Positions 43,576 to 52,634 of a stretch of 64,000 nucleotides of DNA are shown piece by piece (the stretch's first letter is position 1; the number at the start of each line of letters is the position of its first letter). This DNA is from an uncultured Candidatus Saccharibacteria bacterium (GTDB taxonomy: Bacteria > Patescibacteriota > Dojkabacteria > SC72): assembly GCA_964403155.1 (NCBI GenBank), contig CAYOEG010000002.1, positions 8,147 to 72,146 on the forward strand, written 5' to 3'. A model generated the notes under the pieces. It did not search any database. It was not told where the DNA came from and saw only the letters and a program-made list of their open reading frames with translations. A program made the position numbers and the translations under genes.

Positions 43576-45776
43576 TACACCTCTGTACCAGTTTGACTAT
43601 TGGTTTCAAGTATCTTTTTCGCAGCTTTTAGGTATGATTCATATACATCCATGTTCCCCTTTTGCTTATTAACCTCAGCAGCCAACATTATGGATGGGAT
43701 ATGCTGTGCATTTATACCAAGAGCTTTTGTAAGTGCTGATAATGCATTATCCTTATCACTATTTAAAACATAGACCTGCGCCTCGTTGTAATATATTGCA
43801 TAGTTTAAAGGATTAAGTTCTACCGCTTTCTCGAGAGAGTACAATGCATCTGTGGCATAGTCATTGAAACCCATTCCTACCAATCCTAGATATATTCCTG
43901 ATCTCGCTTCCCAGTTTGCATATACATCATTCGATATATCTATCGATTTTCTGGTGTAATCTAATGCGTAATTTTTCCACTTCCCAACATTTGTTATTAA
44001 TTCCGTATCTTCTTCTGTTCCGTCTTTTGAATACTTCTCTGCTGCAAGTCCAACTAATTCTAAATACATAGAACCTGTCTTTCTGTTAATCAATGGATTG
44101 TTTCCATCAAACTTCGCAGCTGTTGCATAGTAATAGGTCATAGAATTAACAAATGTTTGTCTTTGCTCCATCGTCGGTTCAACATCAGCATATTTTGCAT
44201 TTTGTTCGACATAGAATGATTCTGCTTTTAGCAAATATGCACTAGCAACAAATTTTGACCCCCAGAGAAGTAGTAAACCGAATCCAACACATGTTAGAAA
44301 TACTGTTAATACAATATTTAAATTGTATGACATCTTACCATTCTCACCATCAGGTCTTAGATTGGCTGTCCAAAGTTTAATAACAAATTTCTCTTCTGTG
44401 TTTTTACTTAGAATATCGAGCAATATGCATCTTAAGGCAATAAATACTAAGAGTAAGAGAAGAACCAATACTCCGTATACAGCGAAAAATGATCCCAAGA
44501 AAATGTAAAGGATTAACAAATCTAGCGAGAGAAGCATTAGACTCTTTCCAACCTCTTCTTTGTAAATCTTTACCCTACCCAGATCTCTTTTGATAATTTT
44601 TATTATCAAGAATCCAAATACTCCCCATGCAATTAACCAAAGCAATCCGTTGTTTGTAAACTGCGTGAATAGTTCACTTGCACCATAGTAGAAATTCACA
44701 TCGTTGTACTGCAGAAGATTTTGGCTAAGTGGTTTATAAAGGTTGTAAGAAATAGGATATGTATCCATACCCATACCGAAGAGTCCTCGTACGAAAGAAG
44801 AAACAAATACTGAAGCAGCGACAATCCATGACACATCTGAACCTAAGGAGACTTGGGCAACAATGTTAATACTATCAGGAATTATTACTTCTCTTAAAGA
44901 AGGTATTTGTAAAACTATCGTTGGAATTAAAACTCCCAATAAAACGCCTATTGTTGCGAAGAGGATATTCTTTTTGACCGCAGAGATAATTTTTAATCTT
45001 CGAATGCCAAACACCCACATTGCAATTGAAAGCAATATGAAGAGGATTATCAATCCGATCCCCTGATTTATTGAAAATATCCAGATATTTATCGCAGACA
45101 AGATCATAGAGATTATTGTAATTGTGAGTACAGTACTCTTTCCTGTTCGTTCTATTATGTAGTCGCTTAAAAATCCTAGATTGATTAGCATCAATATGAA
45201 ATTAGCAAACAGATGACTCTTTGCGGACCTAAGTAGTGGCAAACCATCTTGTGCAAGATCCTTGTATACAGGTATAAAACCCCATATATTAATACCCAAA
45301 AACGAAAGAATACTTAGTATATTCGTGATACTAAATCCAACAACGAAAGCTAATAATGCGATCTCAATCTCCTTGGTTGTTTTTATAAATGTCCTAGCAG
45401 AAAGAGATACTAGTAAGATACATACAAATGCTATGATTCCAGTTCCCAATTTCCCATCCATCCCCCATATACTGCTGCTTAAATCTTTGGAAAAAAGAGT
45501 TGAGAATATTAGAGACAGGAATATTAGCATAATTCCTCCGTCCAAAGCTCCTTTTAATAGGGTTAATTTCCCATCCCATACAAGCTTAACAATTTCTAAT
45601 GTAATAATGATTGTGCCAAGGAATAGCACTAACAAGCCAATTCCTCTCTCAGTCCAATCCCATGGGAAAGGAATAATTGATAATGGTGCTAAAAAAAGAA
45701 TTAGATAAAACAAGTATCTTTGTATCAATGGGATACTAAGCTTCTTTTTTTCTACAGTTTTTGATTCGGTCAGCAT
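43527..45776 (-). CDS. O-antigen-ligase (Wzy_C)-like polytopic membrane protein fused to C-terminal TPR repeats
   Basis: More than 12 TM helices over about 480 aa, then TPR-like repeats (AIYYNEAQVYVLNSDKDNALSALTKALGIN...). Confidence 0.6.
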   Translation of the reverse strand: MLTESKTVEKKKLSIPLIQRYLFYLILFLAPLSIIPFPWDWTERGIGLLVLFLGTIIITLEIVKLVWDGKLTLLKGALDGGIMLIFLSLIFSTLFSKDLSSSIWGMDGKLGTGIIAFVCILLVSLSARTFIKTTKEIEIALLAFVVGFSITNILSILSFLGINIWGFIPVYKDLAQDGLPLLRSAKSHLFANFILMLINLGFLSDYIIERTGKSTVLTITIISMILSAINIWIFSINQGIGLIILFILLSIAMWVFGIRRLKIISAVKKNILFATIGVLLGVLIPTIVLQIPSLREVIIPDSINIVAQVSLGSDVSWIVAASVFVSSFVRGLFGMGMDTYPISYNLYKPLSQNLLQYNDVNFYYGASELFTQFTNNGLLWLIAWGVFGFLIIKIIKRDLGRVKIYKEEVGKSLMLLSLDLLILYIFLGSFFAVYGVLVLLLLLVFIALRCILLDILSKNTEEKFVIKLWTANLRPDGENGKMSYNLNIVLTVFLTCVGFGLLLLWGSKFVASAYLLKAESFYVEQNAKYADVEPTMEQRQTFVNSMTYYYATAAKFDGNNPLINRKTGSMYLELVGLAAEKYSKDGTEEDTELITNVGKWKNYALDYTRKSIDISNDVYANWEARSGIYLGLVGMGFNDYATDALYSLEKAVELNPLNYAIYYNEAQVYVLNSDKDNALSALTKALGINAQHIPSIMLAAEVNKQKGNMDVYESYLKAAKKILETNSQTGTEVYQTIVEELNKLSVESE

Positions 45777-45814
45777 ATCAGGCAGTTTGGATATTTTAGT
45801 TCATAAATCCTACC

Positions 45815-45850
45815 ATAAAAAAAAGAGGAGACCAACAGCCTCCTCTTCTT
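45815..45850 (-). terminator. intrinsic terminator downstream of dnaK
   Basis: On the minus strand: AAGAGGAG-gcuguuggu-CUCCUCUU followed by UUUUUUU. Confidence 0.55.
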
Positions 45851-45867
45851 TCAGAATCTAACAAGAA

Positions 45868-47769
45868 TTATTCTACAACCTCACCTTCTTGTGCTTTTTC
45901 TTCATCTTTTTTCTTTGATGAATCATCTACTTTTGGTTCTTCCTTAGGAGCTTCTTTTGCAGCTTTTTCATACATCTTTTTACCGACTTCTTGCATTGCA
46001 TTCATAAGCTCTTCAGTCTTTTTTTCTACCTCTACCTGATCAAAATCATCTTTCTCGATTAATTTCTTCAATTCATCGGATTTCTCAGTTAAATTCTTTT
46101 TATCCCCTTCCTCAATCTTGTCTCCATTTTCCTTAATAAGCTTCTCAACACTGAAGCAAAGAGTATCTGCTTCATTTTTCTTTTCAACTCTCTCCTTTTT
46201 CTTCTTGTCTTCCTCAGCATGTTTTGCCGCTTCATCTACCATCTTCTCAATTTCTTCATCTTTCAACCCTGTAGATGCAGTTATTGTAATCTTCTGTTCT
46301 TTCTTTGTAGCCATATCCAATGCTTTTACATTTAGAATACCGTTGGCATCGATAGAGAACATGACTTCAATCTGAGGAACTCCTCTTGGTGCAGCTGGGA
46401 TACCATCAAGTATGAATCTACCCAATGTTTTGTTATCTGCGGCCATTTCTCTTTCTCCTTGAAGAATATGGATTTCAACAGCAGGTTGATTATCAGCCGC
46501 AGTCGAGAAGACCTGTTTCTTCTCTACAGGGATTGTTGTGTTTCTTTCGATAAGCTTGGTCATAACTCCACCCAATGTCTCCAATCCTAATGATAATGGT
46601 GTGACATCCAACAAGGTGATATCTTTAACATCACCACCTAATACACCACCTTGGATTGCAGCACCAACACCTACAACCTCATCAGGGTTTACACCTTTGT
46701 TTGGTTCTTTGCCGAATATCTCAACAACCTTCTTCATTACAGCTGGCATTCTTGTCATACCACCCACCAGTAATACCTGATCAACCTCATTAGCTTTCAA
46801 ACCAGCATCTTTAAGAGCCTTCTTACATGGCTCCTCTGTAGAATCAATCAAGTCAGCTACTAACTTCTCTAATTGAGCTCTAGTTAATGTTTCCTTCAAA
46901 TGCTTTGGTCCACTTGAAGTTGCAGTAATGTATGGGATATTGATCTCGGTCTGTTCAGAACTAGATAGTTCAACCTTTGCTTTTTCTGCGAATTCCTTCA
47001 ATCTCTGAAGTGCGGTTCTATCATCCCTAAGATCCATGCCTTCTTTCTTCTTAAATTCATCTGCTAGGTAATCAATTATTCTCTGGTCAAAGTCATCACC
47101 ACCTAGGTGTGTATTACCATTTGTAGAAAGCACTTCAAATACTCCATCTCCGATTTCAAGAATGGATACATCAAATGTACCCCCACCTAAGTCAAAGACT
47201 ACGACTTTTTCATCTTTTCCCTTGTCCACACCATATGCAAGTGCAGCAGCAGTTGGTTCGTTTACAATTCTCTTAACATCCAAGCCTGCAATCTTACCTG
47301 CATCTTTTGTAGCTTGTCTTTGAGAGTCATCGAAATATGCTGGGACTGTGATGACTGCTTCTGTAACTTTCTCTCCAAGGAATGCTTCTGCATCTTCCTT
47401 CATCTTTGCAAGAATCTTTGCAGAGATTTCTTGTGGTGTATACCACTTATCTCTCATCTTAACCTCAACTCCGCCATTGGATGATTTTCTCATCTCAAAT
47501 GGAAGAAGTTTGATATCTTTCTGTACCTCTTGATCATCCCATGATCTACCTATTAACCTCTTTACAGAGTAGATTGTTCCCTCTGGATTTGTAACTGCTT
47601 GATTCTTAGCTAATACACCAACAAGTGTTTCGCCTTTATCATCTGCAGCTACAACAGATGGTATTAATCTTCCACCCTGTGCACTTGGTATTACATTAGG
47701 TTTTCCACCTTCCATGTAAGCCATTACGGAGTTTGTAGTTCCTAGGTCTATTCCTATTATTTTTGACAT
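45868..47769 (-). CDS. dnaK: chaperone DnaK (Hsp70)
   Basis: [25 protein letters not shown], canonical Hsp70 throughout; 633 aa. Confidence 0.97.
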   Translation of the reverse strand: MSKIIGIDLGTTNSVMAYMEGGKPNVIPSAQGGRLIPSVVAADDKGETLVGVLAKNQAVTNPEGTIYSVKRLIGRSWDDQEVQKDIKLLPFEMRKSSNGGVEVKMRDKWYTPQEISAKILAKMKEDAEAFLGEKVTEAVITVPAYFDDSQRQATKDAGKIAGLDVKRIVNEPTAAALAYGVDKGKDEKVVVFDLGGGTFDVSILEIGDGVFEVLSTNGNTHLGGDDFDQRIIDYLADEFKKKEGMDLRDDRTALQRLKEFAEKAKVELSSSEQTEINIPYITATSSGPKHLKETLTRAQLEKLVADLIDSTEEPCKKALKDAGLKANEVDQVLLVGGMTRMPAVMKKVVEIFGKEPNKGVNPDEVVGVGAAIQGGVLGGDVKDITLLDVTPLSLGLETLGGVMTKLIERNTTIPVEKKQVFSTAADNQPAVEIHILQGEREMAADNKTLGRFILDGIPAAPRGVPQIEVMFSIDANGILNVKALDMATKKEQKITITASTGLKDEEIEKMVDEAAKHAEEDKKKKERVEKKNEADTLCFSVEKLIKENGDKIEEGDKKNLTEKSDELKKLIEKDDFDQVEVEKKTEELMNAMQEVGKKMYEKAAKEAPKEEPKVDDSSKKKDEEKAQEGEVVE

Positions 47770-47794
47770 ATTATTTGTATTAAAAAATTATTTA

Positions 47795-48319
47795 CTATTT
47801 AGATACAACAACACGAGCTGGTCTAATAACTGTGCTGTCTAATATATAGCCTGGTTGTATCAGGTCATATATTTCACCACTGTTACCTTGTTCGATTGTT
47901 GTTACCGCTTCATGTACATTAGGATCAAATTTCTCTCCCTTTTCTGGCAGGTACTGTTTTAATCCAAATTCTTCCAATGATTTATTCAATGAGCTAAACA
48001 ATGAATCTGCTCCAGACATCCAGGCTTGTGCTTGTTCCTCTAGTTTCAAATCTTTACCGGACTTAATTGCCATACTTAAAGAATCCAATGTTGGGATTAT
48101 GGAATCACATAATCTCTTTCTAGATTGGAAGAGCATAATACTCATTCTTTTCTCAGAGCTATCTGCAAGATTATGATAATCGGCTAATGCTTTTTTAAGC
48201 TGATTGGTTAGAATAAGCTTTTCATCTTCCACTTTGTCGATATTAAGAGCTAATTCTTGTATCTGCTTTTCTAACTTCTCGCATTCTTTGCATTTGATAT
48301 TTTTCTCTTCTTTCTTCAT
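47795..48319 (-). CDS. grpE: nucleotide exchange factor GrpE
   Basis: Coiled-coil N-terminus, C-terminal GYILDSTVIRPARVVVSK; position between hrcA and dnaK. Confidence 0.75.
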   Translation of the reverse strand: MKKEEKNIKCKECEKLEKQIQELALNIDKVEDEKLILTNQLKKALADYHNLADSSEKRMSIMLFQSRKRLCDSIIPTLDSLSMAIKSGKDLKLEEQAQAWMSGADSLFSSLNKSLEEFGLKQYLPEKGEKFDPNVHEAVTTIEQGNSGEIYDLIQPGYILDSTVIRPARVVVSK

Positions 48320-48337
48320 GGTTCTAGTTTTCTAATG

Positions 48338-49063
48338 TTATCTCCATCCTGACATGGATGACTCTAATGTGGTTTTAACCTCTTTCAATGCAGGGATTAC
48401 TTTCGAATAATCCATTCGTTTTGATCCTAATATTCCAACATACCCTGTCTCTCTTCCCCAAAATGGGATTTTGGTAAATGCCATTGCACAGTCTGCAAGT
48501 GTTCCAACTCCAGACTCGCCACCAATTAAAAGTGAGACTCCTGAGCCTGAGTATTTTTCCGTTATGTTTTTTAGAAACACATCATCTTCCAATATGTTCA
48601 CAATATTTCTTATTTTTTCTATTGATTGGAATTCTTCAAAGGTTAGTAATGTGGAAAGGCCAAAATATCTTATATCTTCATCTAAGATCAGGAAAACTAC
48701 AGAATCGGTTTCTTTAGACAAAATATGAAGCATTGATTTGATAACTATATCTTTTGAGAATCTATCTCTAAATATTCCTTGTCTAATTTCTATACACATA
48801 AGCGGATTAACGCTGTTTCTACCTAGTAAATCACTAACATACAATCTTAATGCTTGATCTGTTGGTAGTCTTCCTGAAGAGGAATGTGTCTTTTCTAGTA
48901 ATCCTAAATTCATTAGCTTGACCATTTCGTTTCGAATTGTTGCGGAGCTTACACCTAAATCATATTTTTCTACCAAAGATAGTGATCCCACTTCTTCAGC
49001 GTCTCCCATGAACTCTTTAATTATGGCCATTAGTATGGCTTTTTGTCTTTCCGTTATATCCAC
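48338..49063 (-). CDS. hrcA: heat-inducible transcription repressor HrcA (short form)
   Basis: N-terminal winged helix VSSATIRNEMVKLMNLGLLEKTHSSSGRLPT; 241 aa; first gene of the hrcA-grpE-dnaK operon. Confidence 0.8.
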   Translation of the reverse strand: MDITERQKAILMAIIKEFMGDAEEVGSLSLVEKYDLGVSSATIRNEMVKLMNLGLLEKTHSSSGRLPTDQALRLYVSDLLGRNSVNPLMCIEIRQGIFRDRFSKDIVIKSMLHILSKETDSVVFLILDEDIRYFGLSTLLTFEEFQSIEKIRNIVNILEDDVFLKNITEKYSGSGVSLLIGGESGVGTLADCAMAFTKIPFWGRETGYVGILGSKRMDYSKVIPALKEVKTTLESSMSGWR

Positions 49064-49064
49064 G

Positions 49065-49119
49065 TTAGCAGATACTAAGATTAGGTGCTAAAGTATATGG
49101 TAGAAAATATGGAGAGTCA
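49065..49119 (-). promoter_or_regulatory. hrcA operon promoter (TTGACT-16-TATACT) with adjacent CIRCE-like operator (TTAGCAGAT-N9-AGGTGCTAA)
   Basis: On the minus strand: TTGACT (49114-49119), TATACT (49092-49097), then 1 nt and the CIRCE-like inverted repeat at 49065-49091, directly abutting the hrcA start codon. Confidence 0.55.
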
Positions 49120-49126
49120 ATACCTC

Positions 49127-49332
49127 AGGCCTGGCTAAGGCCTGGCTTTGGTTCATAGGTTGTTCATAACTACGAAACCCCTTATTGTGTAAAGCCTTCT
49201 CGTGCATAGAATATTTAATAGTTTGTTCATATTCGATAACCAGTAGGTTGGTCTATTAGAAAACAACAGTGGTGCAAGCGAAGAGGTACATTAAGTAGTT
49301 ATGAATGTAGGCCTGGCAATAGCCAGGCTTGG
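49127..49332. repeat. GC-rich short repeats (AGGCCTGGCT x2 direct; GCCTGGC-aata-GCCAGGC hairpin) flanking about 160 bp upstream of rplY
   Basis: The motif GGCCTGGC occurs three times within 200 bp of otherwise AT-rich intergenic DNA: 49127-49150 and 49308-49332. Confidence 0.35.
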
Positions 49333-49350
49333 TCAGAGGCAACAAGATTA

Positions 49351-49379
49351 TTGTCAAAACCCATATTCTTTGATATACT
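49351..49379 (+). promoter_or_regulatory. rplY promoter TTGTCA-17-TATACT
   Basis: TTGTCA 49351-49356, 17-nt spacer, TATACT 49374-49379, 10 nt before the ATG at 49390. Confidence 0.45.
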
Positions 49380-49389
49380 CCTACTCATC

Positions 49390-50037
49390 ATGGAAACAAT
49401 TACATTACAAAAGAGAGATGTTCTGGGCAAAAAGAGTAAAAACCTACTCGCACAAGGACTTGTACCAGCAGTTATGTATAACGCAAAGGGTGATTCTACA
49501 AATCTTGAATTAGATTCATCCATTGCAAAACAAATTCTAAAAATTGCCACATCAACAACAATCTTTGATGTAACACTAGATGGAAAAACATCCAAGGTAT
49601 TGGTTAAAGATATTGATTTAAATCCTGTTACAGAAGAGATTCAACATATTTCATTCTTTGAAATTGATGAAAGTAAAAAGATGGTATTCACTATTCCTTT
49701 CGAAATTGTTGGAATATCTCCAGCAGTTAAGAATAACCTTGGTACATTGGTTAAGGTATTACCTTCCATAGATGTAAGATGTACCTTAGCAGAACTCAAG
49801 CCAAATATCGTTATCGACATCTCTGGCTTAGAGCATCCAGGTCAAATAATTGGTGTACATGATATTCAACTTCCAGAAGGTATGGAATTGATTAACAAAG
49901 AGATGGAGCAAGCAACAATCATTACCATCACAGAACTTCAGAAGGAAGAAGTCGTTGAAACACCTACAGAAGGTACAGAGGCAGTTGCCACAGATGCTAC
50001 AGCACCTGCTGCTGAAGAAGAAGTTAAGGCTGAATAG
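49390..50037 (+). CDS. rplY: 50S ribosomal protein L25 / general stress protein Ctc
   Basis: METITLQKRDVLGKKSKNLLAQGLVPAVMYN N-terminus typical of L25; acidic C-terminal tail. The ORF-track start at 49351 overlaps the promoter, so the start is taken at 49390. Confidence 0.8.
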   Translation: METITLQKRDVLGKKSKNLLAQGLVPAVMYNAKGDSTNLELDSSIAKQILKIATSTTIFDVTLDGKTSKVLVKDIDLNPVTEEIQHISFFEIDESKKMVFTIPFEIVGISPAVKNNLGTLVKVLPSIDVRCTLAELKPNIVIDISGLEHPGQIIGVHDIQLPEGMELINKEMEQATIITITELQKEEVVETPTEGTEAVATDATAPAAEEEVKAE

Positions 50038-50075
50038 CACCTTTCTCAATATCAATAAAACAGATATAATGGTCT

Positions 50076-51017
50076 ATGATTAGCGTAATTATTACCTCGC
50101 TTAAAGAACCAAAAACTATTGGGAAATGCATCAAATGTATCGCAGACAGGAAGTATTCTGGTATATCTACCCCATTCGAAATTATCCAGGTATCCCCTGA
50201 CGAGTTAACGCTAAAGGCAGGCAAGAAAGCTGCAAATGAGCTTAAGCTATCAAAAAAAGAGTACAAACATATCATAGACCCTTACAAAGGTAAGCCTACA
50301 GCCCTTAAGATGGCTTTAGAGAAGGCCAATGGAGATATCATAGTTCTAACAGATGGAGATACATTTTTTGAGAAGAACGCAGTTGCAGAATTATTAAAAC
50401 CATTTGAAGACAAACAGATAGGTGGTGTAAGTGGTAGGCCTGTTTCCCAAGATAGCATGGACAACGCTTTTGGGTATTGGGGACATCTTCTGTCTGATGC
50501 CGCCGATCACAGGAGATCTAATACTATGCAGAAAGTTGAAGAAACAGATTATTACGTCAGCGGCAAGACATTCTTCCCTATGAGTGGATATATAATGGCT
50601 ATTAGAAATATGAATTTAGAGATTCCAAAGAATGTACTATCTGATGATGCATACATTTCCTACAGCATCAGGAACAAGGGGTTGGAGATAGCATACGCTC
50701 CAAAGGCGATCTGCTATGTTAAATTCCCAACAAATCTTAGGGATTACTTCAAACAAAAAGTTAGGTCTTTAGGAGGGTTCAAACAGTTAGAAAAATTTAA
50801 TGTGTTTAAGAAAGACAAACAAAGTAGAAGTTTCTTTATCGAGCTTCCCTATGCTTTTTATGTTTTTAAATATCCAAAGAACCTCAGAGAATTCTTCTGG
50901 TCATTAGAGCTATTCCCCATAAGGTTAATTACTTGGATTAGGATATATTGGGAGAGAGTTATTTTGAGAAAAGGTATGCCTGAAAAAGGTTGGGAAAGGA
51001 TAGAGAGTACAAAATAA
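50076..51017 (+). CDS. family 2 glycosyltransferase
   Basis: ISVIITSLKEP N-terminus, DGD (VLTDGDTFF) motif, GT-A fold pattern. Confidence 0.7.
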   Translation: MISVIITSLKEPKTIGKCIKCIADRKYSGISTPFEIIQVSPDELTLKAGKKAANELKLSKKEYKHIIDPYKGKPTALKMALEKANGDIIVLTDGDTFFEKNAVAELLKPFEDKQIGGVSGRPVSQDSMDNAFGYWGHLLSDAADHRRSNTMQKVEETDYYVSGKTFFPMSGYIMAIRNMNLEIPKNVLSDDAYISYSIRNKGLEIAYAPKAICYVKFPTNLRDYFKQKVRSLGGFKQLEKFNVFKKDKQSRSFFIELPYAFYVFKYPKNLREFFWSLELFPIRLITWIRIYWERVILRKGMPEKGWERIESTK

Positions 51018-51019
51018 TT

Positions 51020-51580
51020 TTACCACTTTCCATAGACATCATATATTACCACCTCTTGGATTTTCTTCAAATCTGGCTCTGCTATTTCCTCAAGGTCAAC
51101 ATTTAAAACTTTTAGAAGATTTTCCAGATTATCTCCAATCAAAGCAAGGTCGTTAGATTCCTCAAGATCAGCCATGATCTTCTTGAATCTTCCATGCATA
51201 TCATAACTGCATCTTTGATCTCCATCACATTTCAATAAAAAATCTAATTCTTCTATACCATTTGTTGTAACATTGACTTCAATATCTTCCCAATTTGAAT
51301 AATCTATTACTGTTGTATTAAGCTCTGAAGACAAAACCTTCGAATCTGCTCTACTCAAAGTATTTCTGGATGTTTTCAAATCAACAACAATAACATCGTT
51401 TATTTTATACATCATATGATGTCCTTGTGATAAGGCTTCTTGAAGATAGTCGGATTTGAATTCTTTATAGCATTCTTCCCTTGGAATAATAGTTCCTTTC
51501 CAAGTGTCCCTGTATAGGGAATAGACGGCTTTTAGATCCGCATTCATTATGTATTGTTGCTCAATGCAATGCAAAGACAT
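51020..51580 (-). CDS. hypothetical protein (occupies the position where fusA usually follows rpsG)
   Basis: 186-aa ORF, no recognisable motifs. Confidence 0.4.
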   Translation of the reverse strand: MSLHCIEQQYIMNADLKAVYSLYRDTWKGTIIPREECYKEFKSDYLQEALSQGHHMMYKINDVIVVDLKTSRNTLSRADSKVLSSELNTTVIDYSNWEDIEVNVTTNGIEELDFLLKCDGDQRCSYDMHGRFKKIMADLEESNDLALIGDNLENLLKVLNVDLEEIAEPDLKKIQEVVIYDVYGKW

Positions 51581-51697
51581 TCTTACCCTAATGATTCAAT
51601 TAACTTCCAGATTATACAATATTTTCAACACAAGACCTTAGTACAAAATAAAAGAGGGCTTACGCCCCCTTTCCATTTCAAAACTTGTTCAGTGATA

Positions 51698-52168
51698 TTA
51701 CCATCTAAAATGTGCAAATGCTCTATTAGCCTCTGCCATTCTTTCGGTATCAATCTTCTTTTTAACAGCATCACCCTCACCAGAATATGCAGCTACTAAT
51801 TCATCCATAAGAATAGTATCAAATGCCTTTCCAGATTTCTTTCTAGCGCTATCTACAATCCATCTCACTGCCAATGTCTCCTGTCTTCTTGGAGATACAG
51901 GCATAGGAACTGAATAATTAGCACCACCTACTCTTCTAGCTTTGATTTCTAAAGCAGGCCTAACATTATCAACAGCCTTGTTGAAGAAAGTATTAACATC
52001 ATCTGCTTTGACTTTTTTAGCTCCCTCTTCAATAGCAGAATATACCAAATCCTGTGCTAAGGATTTTTTACCATCCTGCATTACCTTGTTTATCAATCTA
52101 GAGATAATGGTATTACCATATTTAATATCTCCAACTTGTGATTTTCTTTTTGCTCTTTTTCCTCTCAT
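51698..52168 (-). CDS. rpsG: 30S ribosomal protein S7
   Basis: Canonical S7 sequence (VMQDGKKSLAQ, ALEIKARRVGGANYSVP). Confidence 0.95.
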   Translation of the reverse strand: MRGKRAKRKSQVGDIKYGNTIISRLINKVMQDGKKSLAQDLVYSAIEEGAKKVKADDVNTFFNKAVDNVRPALEIKARRVGGANYSVPMPVSPRRQETLAVRWIVDSARKKSGKAFDTILMDELVAAYSGEGDAVKKKIDTERMAEANRAFAHFRW

Positions 52169-52189
52169 ATCTATATTTCTTAATTAAAA

Positions 52190-52609
52190 CTATTCGGAAT
52201 CTTTACTTCCTTTTGCACCATATTTAGATCTAGCTTTCTTTCTACCTTGAACTCCAGCTGTATCATACTTACCTCTTACAACGATGTATTTAACACCTGG
52301 GAGATCTCTCTTTCTTCCTGCTTTTACCAAGACGACGGAGTGTTCCTGTAAGTTATGTCCTTCTCCTGGGATGTAAGCTGTTACTTCCATTCCGTTAGAG
52401 AGTCTAACCTTAGTTACCTTACGCAAAGCAGAGTTAGGTTTCTTAGGTGTCATTGTTTTAACCTGTAAACATACTCCTCTTTTAAAAGGATTCTTCTCTT
52501 TTGAATATCTATTCTTAAGAGGATTGAAGTTTCTTGCCAAAGCAATATACTTCGTTTTCTTAGTTTTAGATTTTCTAGGTTTTCTTATTAATTGGTTAAT
52601 AGTTGGCAT
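52190..52609 (-). CDS. rpsL: 30S ribosomal protein S12
   Basis: [13 protein letters not shown] ..., [11 protein letters not shown] motif. Confidence 0.95.
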   Translation of the reverse strand: MPTINQLIRKPRKSKTKKTKYIALARNFNPLKNRYSKEKNPFKRGVCLQVKTMTPKKPNSALRKVTKVRLSNGMEVTAYIPGEGHNLQEHSVVLVKAGRKRDLPGVKYIVVRGKYDTAGVQGRKKARSKYGAKGSKDSE

Positions 52610-52634
52610 GGTCGGTATTATATAACAAATTCAA

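Noticed and set aside
49351-49389. 5' extension of the rplY ORF (MSKPIFFDILLLI...)
   Set aside because: The extension covers the TTGTCA-17-TATACT promoter. The L25 homology begins at METITLQ (49390).
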